64,000 nucleotides of DNA. Origin: Escherichia phage Ge15. The position numbers and the translations under genes were made by a program. The DNA lies in the sequence record PP359696.1; one strand, 5' to 3'. Positions 48,538 to 58,551 of this stretch are shown here, piece after piece; the stretch's first letter is position 1, and every line of letters starts with the position of its first letter. The notes beneath the pieces are model-generated. The model was not told where the DNA came from and did not search any database. It saw only the letters and a program-made list of their open reading frames with translations.

Positions 48538-51234
48538 ATGAAAGAATTTTATATCTCTATTGAAACAGTCGGAAATAACATTGTTGAACGTTATATTGAT
48601 GAAAACGGAAAGGAACGTACCCGTGAAGTAGAATATCTTCCGACTATGTTTAGGCATTGTAAGGAAGAGTCAAAATACAAAGACATCTATGGTAAAAACT
48701 GCGCTCCTCAAAAATTTCCATCAATGAAAGATGCTCGAGATTGGATGAAGCGAATGGAAGACATCGGTCTCGAAGCTCTCGGTATGAACGATTTTAAACT
48801 CGCTTATATCAGTGATACATACGGTTCAGAAATTGTTTATGACCGAAAATTTGTTCGTGTAGCTAACTGTGACATTGAGGTTACTGGCGATAAATTTCCT
48901 GACCCAATGAAAGCAGAATATGAAATTGATGCTATCACTCATTACGATTCAATTGATGATCGTTTTTATGTTTTCGACCTTTTGAATTCAATGTACGGTT
49001 CAGTATCAAAATGGGATGCAAAGTTAGCTGCTAAGCTTGACTGTGAAGGTGGTGATGAAGTTCCTCAAGAAATTCTTGACCGAGTAATTTATATGCCATT
49101 CGATAATGAGCGTGATATGCTCATGGAATATATCAATCTTTGGGAACAGAAACGACCTGCTATTTTTACCGGTTGGAATATTGAGGGATTTGACGTTCCG
49201 TATATCATGAATCGCGTTAAAATGGTTCTCGGTGAACGTAGTATGAAACGCTTCTCTCCAATCGGTCGAGTAAAATCTAAATTAATTCAAAATATGTACG
49301 GTAGCAAAGAAATTTATTCTATTGATGGCGTATCTATTCTTGATTATTTAGATTTGTACAAGAAATTCGCTTTTACTAATTTGCCGTCATTCTCTTTGGA
49401 ATCAGTTGCTCAACATGAAACCAAAAAAGGTAAATTACCATACGACGGTCCTATTAATAAACTTCGTGAGACTAATCATCAACGATACATTAGTTATAAC
49501 ATCATTGACGTAGAATCAGTTCAAGCAATTGATAAAATTCGCGGGTTTATCGATCTAGTTTTAAGTATGTCTTATTACGCTAAAATGCCTTTTTCCGGTG
49601 TAATGAGTCCTATTAAAACTTGGGATGCTATTATTTTTAACTCATTGAAAGGTGAACATAAGGTTATTCCTCAGCAAGGTTCGCATGTTAAACAGAGTTT
49701 TCCGGGTGCATTTGTGTTTGAACCTAAACCAATTGCTCGTCGATATATTATGAGTTTTGACTTGACGTCTCTGTATCCGAGCATTATTCGTCAGGTTAAC
49801 ATTAGTCCTGAGACTATTCGTGGACAGTTTAAAGTTCATCCAATTCATGAATATATCGCAGGAACAGCTCCTAAACCGAGCGATGAATATTCTTGTTCTC
49901 CGAATGGATGGATGTATGATAAGCATCAAGAAGGTATCATTCCAAAGGAAATCGCTAAAGTATTTTTCCAACGTAAAGATTGGAAAAAGAAAATGTTCGC
50001 TGAAGAAATGAATGCCGAAGCTATTAAAAAGATTATTATGAAAGGCGCAGGGTCTTGTTCAACTAAACCAGAAGTTGAACGATATGTTAAGTTCAATGAT
50101 GATTTCTTAAATGAATTATCGAATTACACTGAATCTGTTCTTAATAGTCTGATCGAAGAATGTGAAAAAGCAGCTACACTTGCTAACACAAATCAGCTAA
50201 ACCGTAAAATTCTTATCAACAGTCTTTATGGTGCTCTTGGTAATATTCATTTCCGTTACTATGATTTGCGAAATGCTACTGCTATCACAATTTTCGGCCA
50301 AGTTGGTATTCAGTGGATTGCTCGTAAAATTAATGAATATCTGAATAAAGTATGCGGAACTAATGGCGAAGATTTCATTGCAGCAGGTGATACTGATTCG
50401 GTATATGTTTGTGTAGATAAAGTTATTGAAAAAGTTGGTCTTGACCGATTCAAAGAGCAGAACGATTTAGTTGAATTCATGAATCAATTCGGTAAGAAAA
50501 AGATGGAACCTATGATTGATGTTGCATATCGTGAGTTATGTGATTATATGAATAACCGCGAGCATCTGATGCATATGGACCGTGAAGCTATTTCTTGCCC
50601 TCCACTTGGTTCAAAGGGCGTTGGCGGATTTTGGAAAGCGAAAAAGCGTTATGCTCTGAACGTATATGATATGGAAGATAAGCGATTTGCTGAACCGCAT
50701 CTAAAAATCATGGGTATGGAAACTCAGCAGAGTTCAACGCCTAAAGCGGTCCAAGAAGCTCTCGAAGAAAGTATTCGTCGTATTCTTCAGGAAGGTGAAG
50801 AGTCTGTCCAAGAATATTACAAGAACTTCGAGAAAGAATATCGTCAACTTGACTATAAAGTTATTGCTGAAGTAAAAACTGCGAACGATATAGCGAAATA
50901 TGATGATAAAGGTTGGCCAGGATTTAAATGTCCGTTCCATATTCGTGGTGTGCTAACTTATCGTCGAGCTGTTAGCGGTTTAGGTGTAGCTCCAATTTTG
51001 GATGGAAATAAAGTAATGGTTCTTCCATTGCGTGAAGGAAATCCATTTGGTGACAAATGCATTGCTTGGCCGTCGGGTACAGAACTTCCAAAAGAAATTC
51101 GTTCTGACGTACTGTCTTGGATTGACTACTCAACTTTGTTCCAAAAATCGTTTGTTAAACCGCTTGCAGGCATGTGTGAATCGGCTGGTATGGACTATGA
51201 AGAAAAAGCTTCGTTAGACTTCCTGTTTGGCTGA
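48538..51234 (+). CDS. 43: DNA polymerase gp43
   Basis: 898-aa family B polymerase with exonuclease and polymerase motifs (DIE, YGDTDS); exact T4 gp43 length. Confidence 0.97.
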   Translation: MKEFYISIETVGNNIVERYIDENGKERTREVEYLPTMFRHCKEESKYKDIYGKNCAPQKFPSMKDARDWMKRMEDIGLEALGMNDFKLAYISDTYGSEIVYDRKFVRVANCDIEVTGDKFPDPMKAEYEIDAITHYDSIDDRFYVFDLLNSMYGSVSKWDAKLAAKLDCEGGDEVPQEILDRVIYMPFDNERDMLMEYINLWEQKRPAIFTGWNIEGFDVPYIMNRVKMVLGERSMKRFSPIGRVKSKLIQNMYGSKEIYSIDGVSILDYLDLYKKFAFTNLPSFSLESVAQHETKKGKLPYDGPINKLRETNHQRYISYNIIDVESVQAIDKIRGFIDLVLSMSYYAKMPFSGVMSPIKTWDAIIFNSLKGEHKVIPQQGSHVKQSFPGAFVFEPKPIARRYIMSFDLTSLYPSIIRQVNISPETIRGQFKVHPIHEYIAGTAPKPSDEYSCSPNGWMYDKHQEGIIPKEIAKVFFQRKDWKKKMFAEEMNAEAIKKIIMKGAGSCSTKPEVERYVKFNDDFLNELSNYTESVLNSLIEECEKAATLANTNQLNRKILINSLYGALGNIHFRYYDLRNATAITIFGQVGIQWIARKINEYLNKVCGTNGEDFIAAGDTDSVYVCVDKVIEKVGLDRFKEQNDLVEFMNQFGKKKMEPMIDVAYRELCDYMNNREHLMHMDREAISCPPLGSKGVGGFWKAKKRYALNVYDMEDKRFAEPHLKIMGMETQQSSTPKAVQEALEESIRRILQEGEESVQEYYKNFEKEYRQLDYKVIAEVKTANDIAKYDDKGWPGFKCPFHIRGVLTYRRAVSGLGVAPILDGNKVMVLPLREGNPFGDKCIAWPSGTELPKEIRSDVLSWIDYSTLFQKSFVKPLAGMCESAGMDYEEKASLDFLFG

Positions 51235-51247
51235 TAGAATAAATCTA

Positions 51248-51268
51248 GGGACCTCCGGGTCCCTTTTT
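51248..51268 (+). terminator. rho-independent terminator
   Basis: GGGACCTCCGGGTCCC hairpin then TTTTT. Confidence 0.75.
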
Positions 51269-51350
51269 CATACAAGTAATATAAATCTATACTTATGAAA
51301 AACAGATGATTCTGGACCTTTAGAATTCCCTAAAAAATTTTCACAAAACT

Positions 51351-51380
51351 GTTTACAAGACTGTTCTTCCATGGTACTAT
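51351..51380 (+). promoter_or_regulatory. early promoter (GTTTAC ... TGGTACTAT)
   Basis: TTTTCACAAAACTGTTTACA upstream element and shared -10 core. Confidence 0.55.
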
Positions 51381-51414
51381 ACAACTATCAACTAATACGG
51401 ATTTGGAGAATAAA

Positions 51415-51651
51415 ATGAAAATTGTTATGGGATGCTTAGCAGTTTGTTTAGTTGCATTAGCAGCAGTTCCATTTGTTAGTGTTGAAAATGATACTCAACC
51501 TGTGATTGAATCTAGCACCGTTATTCACACTAATGGTAAAATATCAGTTAAAATTGATGATAATCTTCATGTGAATACAAATGGATCTTTAGGTGTGCAA
51601 ATGGGTAATACCTGCATAAGCACTACTGGAGTAATTACTACTTGCATTTGA
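51415..51651 (+). CDS. small secreted or membrane-anchored protein
   Basis: 78-aa ORF from ATG 51415 with hydrophobic N-terminus MKIVMGCLAVCLVALAAVPFVS. Confidence 0.5.
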   Translation: MKIVMGCLAVCLVALAAVPFVSVENDTQPVIESSTVIHTNGKISVKIDDNLHVNTNGSLGVQMGNTCISTTGVITTCI

Positions 51652-51661
51652 GGAAATTATT

Positions 51662-52042
51662 ATGAAAATCGCTATTTTGGTTATTGCATTAGGTCTTACT
51701 GGTTGTGTAGCTCAAGGACCGGTAGTAAATCAGTCTGATGTAGGAAAAATTGTAAACTGTTCAAGCAAATTTTATAATCCTAATGTCAAGTGTTATAAAG
51801 AAGCTCCAAAACAGACAGTAGAACAGATGCAGGCGAATTTTGACGAAGCTATTCGCCCAGATGAATCTGCTCAAGCATATCGTAATTCAGATGTAATTAC
51901 ACGCGAAGAAAAAATTGAAAACTACTGCGCTGAGCTTTGGGCCAATTGGGCTAATAATTACCAATGGCGTACAGGTAAAAATGCTCCGATGGAGTATGTA
52001 GTGAATTCTTATAATTCATGTGTAAAAAATTTGACTAAGTGA
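51662..52042 (+). CDS. predicted lipoprotein
   Basis: 126-aa ORF with signal peptide and lipobox MKIAILVIALGLTGC. Confidence 0.6.
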   Translation: MKIAILVIALGLTGCVAQGPVVNQSDVGKIVNCSSKFYNPNVKCYKEAPKQTVEQMQANFDEAIRPDESAQAYRNSDVITREEKIENYCAELWANWANNYQWRTGKNAPMEYVVNSYNSCVKNLTK

Positions 52043-52049
52043 GGAAAAC

Positions 52050-52301
52050 ATGGAAACTTTAGTAGCAGGTTCAATTTTTATGGTTTTAGTTTCAGGCGTG
52101 TTGGCTATTATTATATACATGCTTCCGTGGTTCATCGCCTTGATGCGTGGGTCAAAATCGACAGTAGGAATCTTTTTCACATCTTTACTGTTTAACTGGT
52201 CAATCATTGGTTGGTTTATTACTTTTATTTGGTCAATTGCGGGTGAAACTAAAAAATCTGTACAGCAAAATCAAGTAATTATCATCAGAGAGAAGGAATG
52301 A
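52050..52301 (+). CDS. imm: superinfection immunity protein Imm
   Basis: 83-aa two-TM membrane protein, T4 Imm size and position between 43 and 42. Confidence 0.85.
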   Translation: METLVAGSIFMVLVSGVLAIIIYMLPWFIALMRGSKSTVGIFFTSLLFNWSIIGWFITFIWSIAGETKKSVQQNQVIIIREKE

Positions 52302-52447
52302 AAAGCAAAATTTTAGCAGTATTGCTTTTAATCTTGATGATTATAATAAGTATATACTATAGCGTAACAGTTCCTCTTATGATTCCGCCACTTATTATAG
52401 GTTGGAGTTTATTACTGTTACAAATTAAATATGAATGCATCAATTGA
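52298..52447 (+). CDS. small hydrophobic membrane peptide
   Basis: 49-aa ORF (below track cutoff) overlapping imm stop; almost entirely hydrophobic. Confidence 0.4.
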   Translation: MKSKILAVLLLILMIIISIYYSVTVPLMIPPLIIGWSLLLLQIKYECIN

Positions 52448-52454
52448 GGTTTAA

Positions 52455-53195
52455 ATGATTAACGATTATATGACAGTTGAAGAAATCCGTCTTCATTTGG
52501 GGCTTGCATTAAAGGAAAAAGATTTCGTAGTTGATAAAACTGGCGTTAAAACTATTGAAATTATTGGCGCATCATTTGTAGCAGATGAACCATTTATTTT
52601 TGGCGCTCTTAATGATGAATACATTCAGCGTGAACTTGAATGGTATAAATCTAAAAGTTTGTTTGTTAAAGATATTCCAGGTGAAACACCGAAGATTTGG
52701 CAACAGGTAGCATCTTCTAAAGGCGAAATTAACTCGAATTATGGTTGGGCCATCTGGTCAGAAGATAACTATGCCCAGTATGATATGTGTTTAGCTGAAC
52801 TTGGTCAAAATCCTGATTCTCGACGCGGTATCATGATTTATACTCGTCCATCCATGCAGTTTGACTACAATAAAGATGGTATGTCAGATTTCATGTGTAC
52901 GAATACAGTACAGTACCTGATTCGTGATAAGAAAGTCAATGCAGTAGTGAGCATGCGTTCAAATGACGTTGTCTTCGGATTCCGTAATGATTATGCATGG
53001 CAAAAATACGTACTAGATAAATTAGTATCTGATTTGAATGCAGGTGATTCAACTCGTCAGTATAAAGCAGGTTCTATTATATGGAATGTTGGAAGTCTTC
53101 ATGTATATTCTCGTCATTTTTACTTGGTTGATCATTGGTGGAATACTGGCGAAACTCATATTGTGAAAAAAGATTATAATGGTGAGTGGAAATGA
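52455..53195 (+). CDS. 42: dCMP hydroxymethylase gp42
   Basis: 246-aa thymidylate-synthase-like ORF, T4 gp42 size and position. Confidence 0.92.
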   Translation: MINDYMTVEEIRLHLGLALKEKDFVVDKTGVKTIEIIGASFVADEPFIFGALNDEYIQRELEWYKSKSLFVKDIPGETPKIWQQVASSKGEINSNYGWAIWSEDNYAQYDMCLAELGQNPDSRRGIMIYTRPSMQFDYNKDGMSDFMCTNTVQYLIRDKKVNAVVSMRSNDVVFGFRNDYAWQKYVLDKLVSDLNAGDSTRQYKAGSIIWNVGSLHVYSRHFYLVDHWWNTGETHIVKKDYNGEWK

Positions 53196-54034
53196 TTCAA
53201 TTCGTAATTCCAAGCTATCAACGCGTAGGGGCAGTTTCTGCCCTTGATATGTTTCCGACTGATTATGAACCTCATATTGTAGTACGTGAACACGAAGAAA
53301 AAGCTTATTATGACGCTTACGGGTCTAAAGCCAAAATTATAACTATTCCTGATGATGTTAATGGAATTGCTGGTACTCGTAAAGCAATTACTGATATGTA
53401 TGCAGGTCAACGAATCTGGATGATTGATGATGATACTACTATTCGTATGAGTTCAATGCGAAAGAAAGATGATCGTCGCTGTGTAGATAAAATTAATCAA
53501 TTAACTCGTGAACAGTTCTATGAATTGATTCAATACGTTGAAGATGCCATGGATTGTGGGTATTATCATGGTCATGCTCGTTTACCAATTTTTAAAATTA
53601 CTTCATCTTGGGGTAATTATCGTGAAAATTCATATGGATTCACGAATACTTGGTATGACCTTGGAAAACTTACGACAGAACAAATTGGGTATGGAAAAAT
53701 TGATTTATGCGAAGATATGTATGCATTTCTCAATTTAATTAATCAAGGTTATCCGCATTTGGCCTTGTTCAAATATCTAGTTGTATCTGGAAAAGCACAA
53801 GCTCCTGGCGGGTGTAGTTCAATTCGTAGTAATTCTAAACATAATAGAGCGCTTGAGCAAATCAATAGAGAGTTTCCAGAGCAAGCTCGTTGGAAAACAT
53901 CGAATATTGAAAAACGAAAATCGTTGGGTGAAGAAGATGAACCACTAAAGGTTCTTCGCATGTGTGTTTCGCGTAAAGAAAAATCAGAAGCATTTCATAA
54001 GTTTAATGCTATTCATCCAATAGCAGTTGATTAA
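53186..54034 (+). CDS. DXD-motif (GT-A-like) glycosyltransferase in the bgt locus; candidate T2/T6-type beta-alpha-glucosyltransferase
   Basis: 282-aa ORF with RIWMIDDDTTI; does not resemble the 351-aa T4 Bgt sequence I know. Confidence 0.55.
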   Translation: MEMIQFVIPSYQRVGAVSALDMFPTDYEPHIVVREHEEKAYYDAYGSKAKIITIPDDVNGIAGTRKAITDMYAGQRIWMIDDDTTIRMSSMRKKDDRRCVDKINQLTREQFYELIQYVEDAMDCGYYHGHARLPIFKITSSWGNYRENSYGFTNTWYDLGKLTTEQIGYGKIDLCEDMYAFLNLINQGYPHLALFKYLVVSGKAQAPGGCSSIRSNSKHNRALEQINREFPEQARWKTSNIEKRKSLGEEDEPLKVLRMCVSRKEKSEAFHKFNAIHPIAVD

Positions 54035-54111
54035 TGCCTAAATTTATTGTGTTATAATTACTCTATCTTTAACCAGTGAGGAAAATATAATGATGCCTAT
54101 GGAAAAAATGA

Positions 54112-55293
54112 ATGTCTATTGCAGATTTAAAATCCCGTTTGATTAAAGCTTCCACTTCTAAAATGACTGCTGAACTGACTACATCTAAATTCTTTAATGA
54201 AAAGGATGTAATCCGTACAAAAATCCCAATGCTTAATATCGCTATTTCTGGTGCGATTGATGGTGGTATGCAGTCTGGTTTAACCATTTTTGCAGGTCCT
54301 TCTAAACACTTTAAATCAAATATGTCTTTGACTATGGTTGCGGCGTATTTGAACAAATATCCTGACGCGGTTTGTCTATTCTATGATAGCGAATTTGGTA
54401 TTACTCCAGCTTATTTGCGATCCATGGGAGTTGACCCGGAACGAGTAATTCATACACCAATCCAGTCAGTTGAACAACTGAAAATTGATATGGTGAATCA
54501 GCTTGAAGCTATTGAGCGCGGTGAAAAAGTTATTGTATTCATCGACTCAATTGGTAATATGGCTTCTAAGAAAGAAACGGAAGATGCCTTGAATGAAAAA
54601 TCTGTGGCAGATATGACTCGTGCTAAATCACTGAAGTCATTATTCCGTATTGTTACTCCTTATTTTAGCATTAAAAATATTCCATGCGTTGCGGTTAACC
54701 ATACAATTGAAACAATTGAAATGTTTAGTAAAACCGTGATGACAGGTGGTACAGGCGTAATGTATTCGGCTGATACTGTATTCATTATCGGTAAACGCCA
54801 GATTAAAGATGGTTCTGATCTTCAGGGGTATCAATTTGTTCTAAATGTAGAAAAATCTCGTACCGTTAAAGAAAAAAGTAAATTCTTTATTGATGTTAAA
54901 TTTGACGGCGGTATCGATCCTTATTCTGGATTGTTAGATATGGCTCTTGAATTAGGATTTGTAGTAAAACCTAAAAATGGCTGGTATGCTCGTGAATTTC
55001 TTGATGAAGAAACCGGCGAGATGATTCGCGAAGAAAAATCTTGGCGTGCAAAAGATACCAACTGTACTACATTCTGGGGTCCTTTATTTAAGCATCAACC
55101 ATTCCGAGATGCTATTAAACGTGCTTATCAGTTAGGTGCTATTGATAGTAATGAAATTGTTGAAGCTGAAGTTGATGAATTGATTAACTCAAAGGTTGAA
55201 AAATTTAAATATCCAGAAAGTAAAAGTAAATCAGCAGCTGATTTAGAAACTGACCTAGATCAGTTAAGTGATATGGAAGAATTTAATGAATAA
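54112..55293 (+). CDS. uvsX: RecA-like recombinase UvsX
   Basis: 393-aa ORF with Walker A GPSKHFKS; recognised as T4 UvsX. Confidence 0.95.
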   Translation: MSIADLKSRLIKASTSKMTAELTTSKFFNEKDVIRTKIPMLNIAISGAIDGGMQSGLTIFAGPSKHFKSNMSLTMVAAYLNKYPDAVCLFYDSEFGITPAYLRSMGVDPERVIHTPIQSVEQLKIDMVNQLEAIERGEKVIVFIDSIGNMASKKETEDALNEKSVADMTRAKSLKSLFRIVTPYFSIKNIPCVAVNHTIETIEMFSKTVMTGGTGVMYSADTVFIIGKRQIKDGSDLQGYQFVLNVEKSRTVKEKSKFFIDVKFDGGIDPYSGLLDMALELGFVVKPKNGWYAREFLDEETGEMIREEKSWRAKDTNCTTFWGPLFKHQPFRDAIKRAYQLGAIDSNEIVEAEVDELINSKVEKFKYPESKSKSAADLETDLDQLSDMEEFNE

Positions 55294-55630
55294 AGATGAT
55301 TTGGATTTAGATCTAGAAATTATCGACGAATCCCCCTCTTCGGAGGGGGAAGAAGAAAGAAAAGAACGTCTTTTTAATGAATCTCTTAAGATAATTAAAT
55401 CTGCCATGGAAAATGTTATCCAGGAGATTGTCATTAAACTAGAAGACGGTTCTACACACATTGTGTATGTGACAAAATTAGATTGGGTTGATGGAAAAGT
55501 CGTAATGGACTTTGCTGTTCTTGACCAAGAAAGAAAAGCTGAGTTAGCTCCTCATGTAGAAAAATGTATTACAATGCAACTACAAGATGCATTTAATAAA
55601 AGGTCAAAGAAAAAATTTAAATTCTTTTAA
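55286..55630 (+). CDS. 40: head vertex assembly chaperone gp40
   Basis: 114-aa ORF between uvsX and 41. Confidence 0.7.
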   Translation: MNKDDLDLDLEIIDESPSSEGEEERKERLFNESLKIIKSAMENVIQEIVIKLEDGSTHIVYVTKLDWVDGKVVMDFAVLDQERKAELAPHVEKCITMQLQDAFNKRSKKKFKFF

Positions 55631-55639
55631 GGAGTAAGT

Positions 55640-57067
55640 GTGGTAGAAATTATTCTTTCTCATCTCATATTTGATCAAGCTTATTTTTCAAAAGTTTGGC
55701 CATATATGGATTCAGAATATTTTGAAAGTGGTCCAGCTAAAAATACATTCAAATTAATTAAATCTCATGTTAATGAGTACCATAGCGTTCCATCTATTAA
55801 TGCGTTAAATGTTGCATTAGAAAATAGTTCATTTACTGAAACAGAATATTCTGGTGTAAAAACACTTATTTCAAAACTAGCCGATTCTCCGGAAGACCAT
55901 AGTTGGTTAATAAAAGAAACAGAAAAATATGTTCAGCAAAGGGCGATGTTTAACGCCACATCTAAAATAATTGAAATTCAAACTAATGCTGAGCTTCCTC
56001 CGGAAAAACGAAATAAGAAAATGCCGGATGTTGGTGCTATTCCTGACATCATGCGCCAAGCATTATCAATTTCATTTGATAGTTACGTTGGTCATGATTG
56101 GATGGATGACTACGAAGCACGTTGGCTATCTTATATGAATAAAGCTCGTAAGGTTCCATTTAGACTCAAAATTCTAAATAAAATTACTAAAGGCGGAGCT
56201 GAAACTGGAACACTGAACGTTTTAATGGCTGGTGTTAACGTTGGTAAGTCATTAGGATTGTGTTCATTGGCAGCAGATTATTTGCAGCTTGGTCATAACG
56301 TTCTTTATATCTCCATGGAAATGGCAGAAGAAGTCTGCGCTAAACGTATTGATGCTAATATGCTCGATGTTTCTCTTGACGATATTGATGATGGACATAT
56401 TTCTTACGCCGAGTATAAAGGAAAAATGGAAAAATGGCGTGAGAAATCTACTCTCGGTCGTTTAATCGTTAAACAGTATCCTACTAGTGGAGCAGACGCT
56501 AATACATTCAGGTCTCTCTTGAATGAATTGAAGCTCAAAAAGAATTTTGTTCCAACAATCATTATTGTTGACTATCTAGGTATTTGTAAATCTTGCCGCA
56601 TCAGAGTTTATTCAGAAAATAGTTACACAACTGTTAAAGCTATTGCAGAGGAATTGCGTGCTCTGGCTGTTGAAACCGAAACCGTTCTTTGGACTGCAGC
56701 ACAGGTTGGTAAGCAAGCTTGGGACTCTTCTGATGTTAACATGAGCGATATTGCAGAATCTGCCGGGCTTCCAGCAACAGCCGATTTTATGCTTGCGGTC
56801 ATTGAAACCGAGGAGCTAGCAGCTGCTGAACAACAACTAATTAAGCAAATCAAATCACGATATGGTGATAAGAATAAATGGAATAAGTTTTTGATGGGTG
56901 TTCAAAAAGGAAATCAGAAATGGGTAGAAATTGAACAAGATTCTACTCCAACTGAAGTGAGTGAAGTAGCAGGTTCACAGCAGATTCAGGCTGAACAGAA
57001 TCGCTATCAAAGAAACGAATCTGCTCGAGCCCAGTTAGATGCTTTGGCAAATGAATTAAAATTTTAG
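55640..57067 (+). CDS. 41: replicative DNA helicase gp41
   Basis: 475-aa ORF with GTG start, MVEIILSHLIFDQAYFSKVWPYMD..., Walker A GVNVGKS; recognised as T4 gp41. Confidence 0.96.
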   Translation: MVEIILSHLIFDQAYFSKVWPYMDSEYFESGPAKNTFKLIKSHVNEYHSVPSINALNVALENSSFTETEYSGVKTLISKLADSPEDHSWLIKETEKYVQQRAMFNATSKIIEIQTNAELPPEKRNKKMPDVGAIPDIMRQALSISFDSYVGHDWMDDYEARWLSYMNKARKVPFRLKILNKITKGGAETGTLNVLMAGVNVGKSLGLCSLAADYLQLGHNVLYISMEMAEEVCAKRIDANMLDVSLDDIDDGHISYAEYKGKMEKWREKSTLGRLIVKQYPTSGADANTFRSLLNELKLKKNFVPTIIIVDYLGICKSCRIRVYSENSYTTVKAIAEELRALAVETETVLWTAAQVGKQAWDSSDVNMSDIAESAGLPATADFMLAVIETEELAAAEQQLIKQIKSRYGDKNKWNKFLMGVQKGNQKWVEIEQDSTPTEVSEVAGSQQIQAEQNRYQRNESARAQLDALANELKF

Positions 57068-57096
57068 TTTACAAGCCGACAAGACTATGGTATAGT
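57067..57096 (+). promoter_or_regulatory. early promoter with stem-loop (GTTTAC ... TGGTATAGT)
   Basis: Inverted repeat ACAAGACTA/TAGTCTTGT brackets the -10. Confidence 0.55.
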
Positions 57097-57125
57097 AGTC
57101 TTGTTGGTTAAATGAGGAGATTGTT

Positions 57126-57308
57126 ATGGAATTGGTAAAGGTAGTTTTTATGGGGTGGTTTAAGAATGAAAGCATGTTTACTAAAGAAATCACAATGATG
57201 AAAGATGACGTTCAATGGGCTACTACTCAATATGCTGAAGTTAATAAAGCATTAGTTAAAGCTTTCATTGATGACAAGAAAGTGTGCGAAGTGGATTGCC
57301 GAGGATAA
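57126..57308 (+). CDS. dmd: Dmd (inhibitor of RnlA/LsoA toxins)
   Basis: 60-aa ORF immediately downstream of gene 41; T4 Dmd size and position. Confidence 0.85.
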   Translation: MELVKVVFMGWFKNESMFTKEITMMKDDVQWATTQYAEVNKALVKAFIDDKKVCEVDCRG

Positions 57309-57309
57309 T

Positions 57310-57567
57310 ATGCATATTGTTTTATTTAAACCTACTCCGTATAACGTCAGGAAAAATACTCAATTCAAAGCACTTATTGCAGATACGTGGGAATTGGTGT
57401 TAGATATTCCAGCAGAAGAAAGTCCTCCATTTGGTCGAGTGGAATTTATTAAGTTTGCTGTACGTCCTACGAAGAGGCAGATTCGTCAGTATAAAAGGTA
57501 TTTTCGTAAAATCGTTAAGCTAGAGAAACATTTTGTAACATGTGATTACGCAGAAGTTTTAAAATAA
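57310..57567 (+). CDS. gp61.4-like protein (position of the ToxN-inhibitor tifA locus, as I recall it)
   Basis: 85-aa ORF from ATG 57310 (RBS GAGGATAA) between dmd and sp. Confidence 0.5.
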   Translation: MHIVLFKPTPYNVRKNTQFKALIADTWELVLDIPAEESPPFGRVEFIKFAVRPTKRQIRQYKRYFRKIVKLEKHFVTCDYAEVLK

Positions 57568-57627
57568 CTGTTTACTTTTGTTGGAAATTGAGATACTATA
57601 TAAACATAAACTACTGAGGAGATTATC

Positions 57628-57921
57628 ATGAAAAAATTTATCTTTGCTACAATTTTTGCTTTAGCTTCTTGTGCTGCTCAGCCTGCTATGGCAGGTTATG
57701 ATAAAGATTTGTGCGAATGGTCTATGACTGCTGATCAGACTGAGGTTGAAACTCAAATTGAAGCGGATATTATGAATATTGTTGAGCGCGATCGTCCTGA
57801 AATGAAAGCTGAAGTGCAAAAACAGCTTAAGTCTGGTGGTGTAATGCAGTATAATTATGTTCTGTATTGCGATAAAAACTTTAATAACAAAAATATCATC
57901 GCTGAAGTGGTAGGTGAATAA
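57628..57921 (+). CDS. sp: spackle periplasmic protein Sp
   Basis: 97-aa ORF with signal peptide MKKFIFATIFALASCAAQPAMA; T4 Sp size and position. Confidence 0.85.
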   Translation: MKKFIFATIFALASCAAQPAMAGYDKDLCEWSMTADQTEVETQIEADIMNIVERDRPEMKAEVQKQLKSGGVMQYNYVLYCDKNFNNKNIIAEVVGE

Positions 57922-58547
57922 TGCTTTATCAAATGCACAAGTGCAAAGATACATACAAATATAAAGGTGCCCAGTGTTATATCATTAATCGTGAAAACGC
58001 GGGTCCAGGTCATTCGCATCAATCACGGTTTGTATTCGTTAAAAACAATGAAATTATAGCAGTTGCTAATTACATGCTTGTGACTAATGATGTTAATCCG
58101 GTGCCTTTTACATATTATAATCTAATGGATTTGGCGTACGATTATAATTGGTTTAATCATGACACTTTGGCTCATATCGAAGGCGTAGGATTTGACATCT
58201 CTTATTCTAGTTACTCGTTGTGTCCTATGAGCCGAGCTCATAAAGAGCCTGAATATTTTTCATTTCGTCGGCGTGTAGACTTTAAACGCAGTACAGAGTA
58301 TGTCGGTGGAATATTTGTTAAAGATAATCGAATTACTCGCATTATTTATCCTTTGGGCTGTGGTCAAAAAGATATTGATGTTGATTTAGACTTTACTGAA
58401 AACATCATTAATCATATTGCTTCTGTGTATTTTGATATTGATCACAAAATTGTGATATGTGGATATGAATTACCATCAGAAAAACAGTCTAAAGTAAATG
58501 TTTCTATTGATGACCAAATTTTTAATGCTTTTATGAATAAAGGTTAA
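57921..58547 (+). CDS. gp61.2-like protein (position of the anti-DarTG factor adfA, as I recall it)
   Basis: 208-aa ORF after sp; C-terminus SIDDQIFNAFMNKG repeated in the next gene. Confidence 0.55.
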   Translation: MLYQMHKCKDTYKYKGAQCYIINRENAGPGHSHQSRFVFVKNNEIIAVANYMLVTNDVNPVPFTYYNLMDLAYDYNWFNHDTLAHIEGVGFDISYSSYSLCPMSRAHKEPEYFSFRRRVDFKRSTEYVGGIFVKDNRITRIIYPLGCGQKDIDVDLDFTENIINHIASVYFDIDHKIVICGYELPSEKQSKVNVSIDDQIFNAFMNKG

Positions 58548-58551
58548 TATG
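58503..58551 (+). repeat. 49-bp direct repeat copy 1 (gene 3' end plus next-gene start junction)
   Basis: TCTATTGATGACCAAATTTTTAATGCTTTTATGAATA[A/G]AGGTTAATATG occurs at 58503 and again at 58861 with one mismatch. Confidence 0.85.

Noticed and set aside
53186-54034. Annotation as T4 beta-glucosyltransferase by synteny
   Set aside because: Sequence and length do not match T4 Bgt; DXD motif indicates a different glycosyltransferase family.
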